This document shows, in pieces, positions 58,804-64,000 of a stretch of 64,000 nucleotides of DNA. The notes beneath the pieces were generated by a model. The model searched no databases. It saw only the letters and a list, made by a program, of their open reading frames with translations, and was not told where the DNA came from. Both the position numbers and the translations under genes were made by a program. The stretch is taken from the IMG/VR virus record IMGVR_UViG_3300037067_021710. The stretch is one strand, 5' to 3'. This DNA is from a virus. Taxonomy: Duplodnaviria > Caudoviricetes. Positions within the stretch are counted from its first letter, which is position 1, and the number at the start of each line of letters is the position of its first letter.

Positions 58804-59013
58804 ATGTACAAAAAAATTATTCTTGCAGTTCTTTGTATTTTATGTTTTGGGCTTATTATTAAAACTTGTTTTTTTAGTAAAACTTGTGAAGAACTTGCTA
58901 TTGATCATTTTAATTGTGTTAAAACTCAACTTATAGAACAAAATATTTTAAAGAAACATAATACAAAAGCTTTAGGTTTAATTATCGATTCATGTAAAGA
59001 TGAAATTCTTTAA
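58804..59013 (+). CDS. small membrane/secreted late protein
   Basis: N-terminal hydrophobic helix; TTACTAATAA at 58767-76 and AAGGT SD. Confidence 0.5.
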   Translation: MYKKIILAVLCILCFGLIIKTCFFSKTCEELAIDHFNCVKTQLIEQNILKKHNTKALGLIIDSCKDEIL

Positions 59014-59273
59014 CTAATTGTTAATGAAGACTCAGTAGTAGAAAGTTTTATTTTAGAATCTTTTTGTAATAATTTAATAAGAGAATTATATTTTGAAATA
59101 TTTTCTATTATAAGTTGTTTTGTACAACTACATAAAACTTTTTGTAATAAACTTTCTATAAAATATGAACGTGAAACTTCTTTAGACTCTACTTTAAATT
59201 TATAAGAAGACTTTAATAATTGATTAAATTCTGCTTTAAGATCTTGTTCTAAGATTGCATTATACCGCTTCAT
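59010..59273 (-). CDS. putative internal head protein
   Basis: N-terminus MKRYNAILE. Confidence 0.45.
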   Translation of the reverse strand: MKRYNAILEQDLKAEFNQLLKSSYKFKVESKEVSRSYFIESLLQKVLCSCTKQLIIENISKYNSLIKLLQKDSKIKLSTTESSLTIS

Positions 59274-59709
59274 TAAAAATCTCTCTTATGACTCTAACTA
59301 AATTTTTTCCACAATAATTTCCAATATCTCGAATAGCAATTATTTTATACCCATCCATTTCAGGATAATTGTTATTATTTTTATCTACAAAATTTGTTGT
59401 ACATCGTAAAGCTGAAGGTCGAATTTTACTCATATCTGTTTCAATTTTATATAAAATTAAATCATTTGAGCCTTGATAATTAAATGACCCTAATTGGATA
59501 AAATCAGTTTTTGGAAATGTAAGACCTGTTTCTTCTCGTAATTCTCTAATAGCACAGTCAAGATTATTTTCTCCAAGCTCTTGATGCCCTTTTGGGATAT
59601 CGAAATGTCGGGTACGAGTAGCATGACAAATTAGTATTTCTTGATTGTTTGTAATAAGAACTCCTACTCGAATTTCTTTGGATTCTTTTAGTGAAATATA
59701 TCTTTTCAT
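59260..59709 (-). CDS. Nudix hydrolase with MKRYISLKE leader
   Basis: Nudix box PKGHQELGENNLDCAIRELREETG; PEMD; start at 59709. Confidence 0.88.
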   Translation of the reverse strand: MKRYISLKESKEIRVGVLITNNQEILICHATRTRHFDIPKGHQELGENNLDCAIRELREETGLTFPKTDFIQLGSFNYQGSNDLILYKIETDMSKIRPSALRCTTNFVDKNNNNYPEMDGYKIIAIRDIGNYCGKNLVRVIREIFNEAV

Positions 59710-59714
59710 TTTAT

Positions 59715-60011
59715 TTATATCCACTTTTTATAAGAGCCATACTCATCTGAGAGCTCTTGATATTTAGGTAAATGATCAAAAACTTGAGAGATATTTGTAT
59801 GATAAATTCTACTATTTACCTCAATATCTAAATAAGTATTAGATAGCCCTTTTTTATCTATATTAGTTATTGTGACAATTTTTCCTTTTATTGGTTTAGC
59901 AGCTATTTGGCCTTTGAGAAAATAAACTATTTGCCCTTCTTTAGGCAATTGAATATTGTCTAAATAACTCCCAGTGTTTTTAGTTTCTTTTAGTGAAATA
60001 TATCGCTTCAT
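59715..60011 (-). CDS. putative internal head protein with MKRYISLKE leader
   Basis: ATG at 60011 overlaps the upstream TAA (TAATG). Confidence 0.55.
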   Translation of the reverse strand: MKRYISLKETKNTGSYLDNIQLPKEGQIVYFLKGQIAAKPIKGKIVTITNIDKKGLSNTYLDIEVNSRIYHTNISQVFDHLPKYQELSDEYGSYKKWI

Positions 60012-61072
60012 TAGTTCATCCGAATAACAACAACATCTGGTATTGCTTTCCATTCATCAAGAATAGCAGTACGTAATTCATTTGCTCTTGCACGTAAAGC
60101 ATCAGCATTAATGTTAACTTCAGAAGCATTTTCTAACATAGAAGAAGCATCAGCAAGATGATCAAGAATTCCGGCTTGACATAGTTGTATAACATCCCAT
60201 TTATATTCAAAACTTACTTTAGAAAAATCATTTGAAGCAGATGCCCATACAACATTAACTCTGCCGGGTATTGAACTATAAGCATATAAAATTCTATTTG
60301 CTTGATCAACACGAAGTGCAATAGTTCCCATATTTGTAAGCGTAGCAATTTCAGCTCGTTTTTGAATAGTCATTTGCCGTAGCGCATTTGGGTTAAATCC
60401 CCTCACACCATACATTCCTGAATGACGTGTATTTAATCCCAAAGCATTATAGGCAACTAAATCCCAAAATGAAGTTCCAGTAGCTGTCATTTTATCTTTG
60501 CCAACTAATCGAGCATTAACTACTCCGTATGTTCCTATATTTGGAAAAGGAATTGGAGTCTCTGAATTAAGGCTTACTTGATATTCATTTATAGTTTTAA
60601 TTGGAAATTTTCGAAAGTATCTATCAAGTTCAGGTTTTAAAATTAAAGATTTGATTTGTTCATCTGTTAAAAGTAAATCATCTGCTATAGGGTATGCAAT
60701 AACTTTTTTAATTTGTTGTAAATCAGAAGTAGTTATTTGAGCATCAGTACCACTTAGTTCATCTTCAACATTAAAAGAATTTATATATGAGCGCTCTATT
60801 GCTCCAACAACAGGAGTAAGAAATATTTTATCATAGTAAATACCCCCAGTAGCGATAATGGCTGCTGTGTATTGATATTTACCTAGAGCAATTCGTGTTA
60901 TTGTTCCAGCTCCTATTGTTTCGATTATATTTGCATCATCTAACGCATCATCATATGTAGCATGTATAGTGACTTTGCTTACAACATAAGCGTCGAAGTT
61001 AGCTCCATTTCTTAAAAACTGAAACTCAAGAGTAGTAGTTTCAGTATTTATTGCTGTGTATCTATCACCCAT
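60011..61072 (-). CDS. putative neck / head-tail connector protein
   Basis: Position upstream of the sheath; INADALRARANE...W tail typical of neck proteins; N-terminal beta domain. Confidence 0.55.
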   Translation of the reverse strand: MGDRYTAINTETTTLEFQFLRNGANFDAYVVSKVTIHATYDDALDDANIIETIGAGTITRIALGKYQYTAAIIATGGIYYDKIFLTPVVGAIERSYINSFNVEDELSGTDAQITTSDLQQIKKVIAYPIADDLLLTDEQIKSLILKPELDRYFRKFPIKTINEYQVSLNSETPIPFPNIGTYGVVNARLVGKDKMTATGTSFWDLVAYNALGLNTRHSGMYGVRGFNPNALRQMTIQKRAEIATLTNMGTIALRVDQANRILYAYSSIPGRVNVVWASASNDFSKVSFEYKWDVIQLCQAGILDHLADASSMLENASEVNINADALRARANELRTAILDEWKAIPDVVVIRMN

Positions 61073-61074
61073 TG

Positions 61075-63375
61075 CTATTCACCATGCCCTGAGTAATCAT
61101 TTAAGTTAGGAATTAAATCTGTATTTATTTTTATAGAAGATAAAGTCCCACTTAACGATGAAGTACTTTCAGCTGTAGCTCTACTTGTGATTGCTGCATC
61201 TATTCTATCACCAAGTATTTTACCTGCAGTTCCAACTCCGTATACTCCAGGTAATTGAGTACCCCAAGGATCTCCAGAAGAACCAGCTGAATTTAAGGCT
61301 GACCCAACTGTACCAGCTCCTAAATGGTTTAGAATAAGTTCATTCCATACTGCATTAGCAACTTCAGACACTGTAAAATTTAAACTTCCAGAAGTTAATG
61401 TTCTTGAAACATAAGCCCAAACATCAGCTGCTGTAATTGAAGCTGACCCAGAAGTTAATGTTCTATTTGCTGCTGCCCAAATTGCATTTGCAATTTCTGT
61501 TGTATTTAAAGATCCAGAAGTTAAGGTTCTAGATGCTGCACTCCATATTTCATTTACGGTTGGGGCGGTACTTGCTGAACCTGAAGTAAGCGTTCGTGTA
61601 GGAGCTGTCCAAATATCATTAGCTGTTAAAGTAGCAGAACCAGAAGTTAAGGTTCTAGATGCTGCACTCCATATTTCATTTACTGTTGGAGCTGTACTAG
61701 CAGACCCTGATGTTAATGTTCTAGTTGGAGAGTTCCAAATATCTGCAGCGGTTAATATTGCAGACCCAGAAGTTAATGTTCTATTTATTGCTGTCCAAAC
61801 AGTATTAGAAATATCATTTGCTGAAGGTATAGTACCAGAGAGTGAGTACCCAGTTTTATCATTATTCGTTGTTACTGTTACTCCACCAGTAAGAGAATAT
61901 CCTGTTTTATCATTATTTGTGCTAACCACTACAGTAGAGCCCGAAGCCATCCTGCTTGTTATAGTAGCATTTAAGTTTGCAAGTTTTGTGCTATTGTTAT
62001 CCATCTCAGTTCGAATATCAACAGCAGTTAATGAACTTGCAGATCCAGAAGTTAATGTTCTACTTGGAGCAGTCCATATATCATTTACTGTTAAAGTGGC
62101 AGAACCAGAAGTTAACGTTCTACTCGGAGCAGCCCAGATTTCATCAACTGTTGGGGGAACACCTGCTGACCCAGCATCGATTAAACGTTTACCTGCTGAT
62201 CCTGAAGTAATATGAAGAGAAGTTTGCTCATTCCATACAGCGTTTACTATCTCAGCTGTATTAACTGAAAGTGTTCCTGAAGTAAGTGTTCTTACTGGTG
62301 ATGTCCAAATATCATTAGCAGTTAATGAACTTGCTGAACCCGAAGTAAGAGTTCTACTTGGAGAAGTCCAAATTTGAGCTGCTGTAAGAGTAGCTGATCC
62401 CGAGGTAAGCGTTCTAGTTGTAGCATCCCAAATTTGAGAAGTCGTAGGAGGAGCTACAGATAGCGCATACCCCGTTTTATCATTATTTGTGCTAACTACT
62501 ACTGCTGAACCAGAAGCCATCCTACTAGAGATAGTTGCATTTAAGTTTGCAAGTTTTGTACTATTGTTATCCATTTCTGTTCGAACATCTATTGCGGTTA
62601 ATGTAGCAGACCCTGATGTTAATGTTCTAGTTGGGGAATTCCAAATTTCATTAGCAGTTAATGATGCAGACCCAGAAGTAAGGGTTCTTGAAGGCGCAGT
62701 CCATATATCATTAACAGTTGGTGAATTAGTAGTTATACTATCACTAAGTTTTTTACCCATAGACCCTGAAGTAGTATGAGAAGAAGTTAGTTCATTCCAT
62801 ACACCATTTACTATTTCAGAAGTATTAACTGATAAAGTTCCTGATGTTAATGTTCTAGAAGCTGCTGTCCATATTGCAGAACTTACTGTGCTAACTCCAA
62901 GAGCTCCAGATACAGAATCAACAAGTTTTACCTCTTCAACTTTATGTGTTGATGGGTCATAACCGAAGTCAGCAAAATCTTTTAAATCTAAAATTGATTG
63001 AAGGTCTGAATTAATTTGAGTTATGTTTGAGCGTACTGACCCTGAAGTGCTAGTCATTAATGCATTATATGCGTTTAAATCTACAACTACAAAAATTTTA
63101 TGAACAACGAGTGATCCTGATTTATGAATATAAGCTTCTAATGGCCCATATATATTTGTGTCTATATTATCAAATGTGCAGTAATATACTCCAGTAGACA
63201 TATGTGAAGCCCCGCCTGAATTTTTATTTACAAGAGTAGTAGCTCCATTTTTCCAAAGTTTTATATCAGTGTTTGCTATTGTTAATGCCGTTTGTTCTGC
63301 ATCACCAGTAGTATTATCAACAAAATATCCTAATGGCACAGTTTGATTTGCAGTATTATATTTTAAGGGAAACAC
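61075..63375 (-). CDS. Ser/Thr-rich repeat virion protein (fibre/decoration)
   Basis: 15 copies of W....RTLTSG[ST]; late motif at 63404-12. Confidence 0.7.
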   Translation of the reverse strand: MFPLKYNTANQTVPLGYFVDNTTGDAEQTALTIANTDIKLWKNGATTLVNKNSGGASHMSTGVYYCTFDNIDTNIYGPLEAYIHKSGSLVVHKIFVVVDLNAYNALMTSTSGSVRSNITQINSDLQSILDLKDFADFGYDPSTHKVEEVKLVDSVSGALGVSTVSSAIWTAASRTLTSGTLSVNTSEIVNGVWNELTSSHTTSGSMGKKLSDSITTNSPTVNDIWTAPSRTLTSGSASLTANEIWNSPTRTLTSGSATLTAIDVRTEMDNNSTKLANLNATISSRMASGSAVVVSTNNDKTGYALSVAPPTTSQIWDATTRTLTSGSATLTAAQIWTSPSRTLTSGSASSLTANDIWTSPVRTLTSGTLSVNTAEIVNAVWNEQTSLHITSGSAGKRLIDAGSAGVPPTVDEIWAAPSRTLTSGSATLTVNDIWTAPSRTLTSGSASSLTAVDIRTEMDNNSTKLANLNATITSRMASGSTVVVSTNNDKTGYSLTGGVTVTTNNDKTGYSLSGTIPSANDISNTVWTAINRTLTSGSAILTAADIWNSPTRTLTSGSASTAPTVNEIWSAASRTLTSGSATLTANDIWTAPTRTLTSGSASTAPTVNEIWSAASRTLTSGSLNTTEIANAIWAAANRTLTSGSASITAADVWAYVSRTLTSGSLNFTVSEVANAVWNELILNHLGAGTVGSALNSAGSSGDPWGTQLPGVYGVGTAGKILGDRIDAAITSRATAESTSSLSGTLSSIKINTDLIPNLNDYSGHGE

Positions 63376-63434
63376 TTACTTTTTGCCTCTATTTTAACTT
63401 TAATTATTAGTATATTTTTTCTTATTTTTATAGT

Positions 63435-64000
63435 TTAATATCTATCTTCAATTATAATTGCAAATCCAGATACTTCAAGCTGATCGCCCCCGCCGCCGCC
63501 CGTGGTGTACTCGTCGGCCCCTACATCCCACGCGCCGTCCGGTCTGGCGTCGTCTTCGAAATCTGTGCTAAATGGATAGGTGGCGTCTGCGTGCAAATCG
63601 GTTCCTGCTCCGACAAGGGCAGATGTGCCATCTATGTGTATGTTTTCTGATCCAGCAGTTGAATTGGTAAAACGACAGTTGGCTATTGAGGTCTGCGTGT
63701 TTCCTGTACCATCAGAACTATGGCAGGTTGTTGTTGTTATCGTTCCCTGGTAGTCGGCGGATGAATTACCTCCACTATATACATTTTTAGCGTATACCGT
63801 CCCGCCTTGATATATCCCCCATTGACCATTAAGGGATGTGCAGTTGTAAATATATCCAGTGCCGTTTTCAATTATGATATTGGCCCTTGAGTTATATACA
63901 ATCGTATTAACAATCGTGTATGTAACGCTGGACGTATTACAATATATTCCCAGACCGGTTCCATTGTCAGCACAGTCGTATACAAGACAGGAATCGATAA
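63435..64000 (-). CDS. beta-helix protein (tailspike/adhesin-like), 5' end outside the window
   Basis: Read by hand: IDSCLVYDC...IVNTIVYN...IYNCT...STDFEDDARPDGAWDVGADEY...EDRY*; open from the window edge. Confidence 0.7.
   Translation of the reverse strand, partial: IDSCLVYDCADNGTGLGIYCNTSSVTYTIVNTIVYNSRANIIIENGTGYIYNCTSLNGQWGIYQGGTVYAKNVYSGGNSSADYQGTITTTTCHSSDGTGNTQTSIANCRFTNSTAGSENIHIDGTSALVGAGTDLHADATYPFSTDFEDDARPDGAWDVGADEYTTGGGGGDQLEVSGFAIIIEDRY

Noticed and set aside
47-62779. Short antisense or nested ORFs in the track (e.g. 47..262, 12206..12505, 34514..34966, 53163..53483, 61919..62215)
   Set aside because: Shadow frames of well-supported genes, with no RBS or recognisable motifs
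61380-62870. Nucleotide repeats as a CRISPR array or DGR template/variable repeats
   Set aside because: They are in-frame coding repeats with synonymous variation; no cas or reverse transcriptase gene and no adenine-specific mismatch pattern was noticed
1-64000. tRNA or rRNA genes
   Set aside because: Intergenic gaps are short and AT-rich, and no cloverleaf or T-loop signature was seen by eye; tRNAscan-SE would confirm

Overview
The window is a 64-kb segment of a large, AT-rich tailed-phage genome with a contractile tail. It uses standard genetic code 11 and SD-type RBSs, and class III RNR suggests an anaerobic host. Layout: 1-35.7 kb (minus strand) holds replication, nucleotide-metabolism and recombination genes. 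35.8-45.6 kb (plus strand) holds prim-pol, M23 peptidase, resolvase, clamp loader, SbcD and primase. 45.6-64 kb (minus strand) holds baseplate, tape measure, tube, sheath, neck and fibre/decoration genes. No capsid, portal or terminase gene was recognised. The most striking result is two apparently separate glycosylation programmes. (i) An operon couples a T4 gp42-like dCMP hydroxymethylase to a GT-B glycosyltransferase, an extra dNMP kinase, a divergent UDG-fold protein and a two-step nucleotide-sugar pathway (WecC-type 6-dehydrogenase plus SDR decarboxylase/epimerase). This predicts a non-glucose sugar on hydroxymethylcytosine. (ii) A pair of GT4-like enzymes lies behind the same TACTAATAA motif that precedes the virion genes, while the virion proteins are rich in Ser-Gly(-Ser), suggesting virion O-glycosylation. 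Also seen: a shared N-terminal MKRY...LxE leader (T4 capsid-targeting-like) on three adjacent proteins including a Nudix hydrolase, two promoter-motif classes, an RBS-sequestering hairpin with the late motif in its loop, a catalytically dead RNA-ligase paralog and a high-GC beta-helix gene at the right edge. All protein family calls come from motif recognition and recall, not from database searches.
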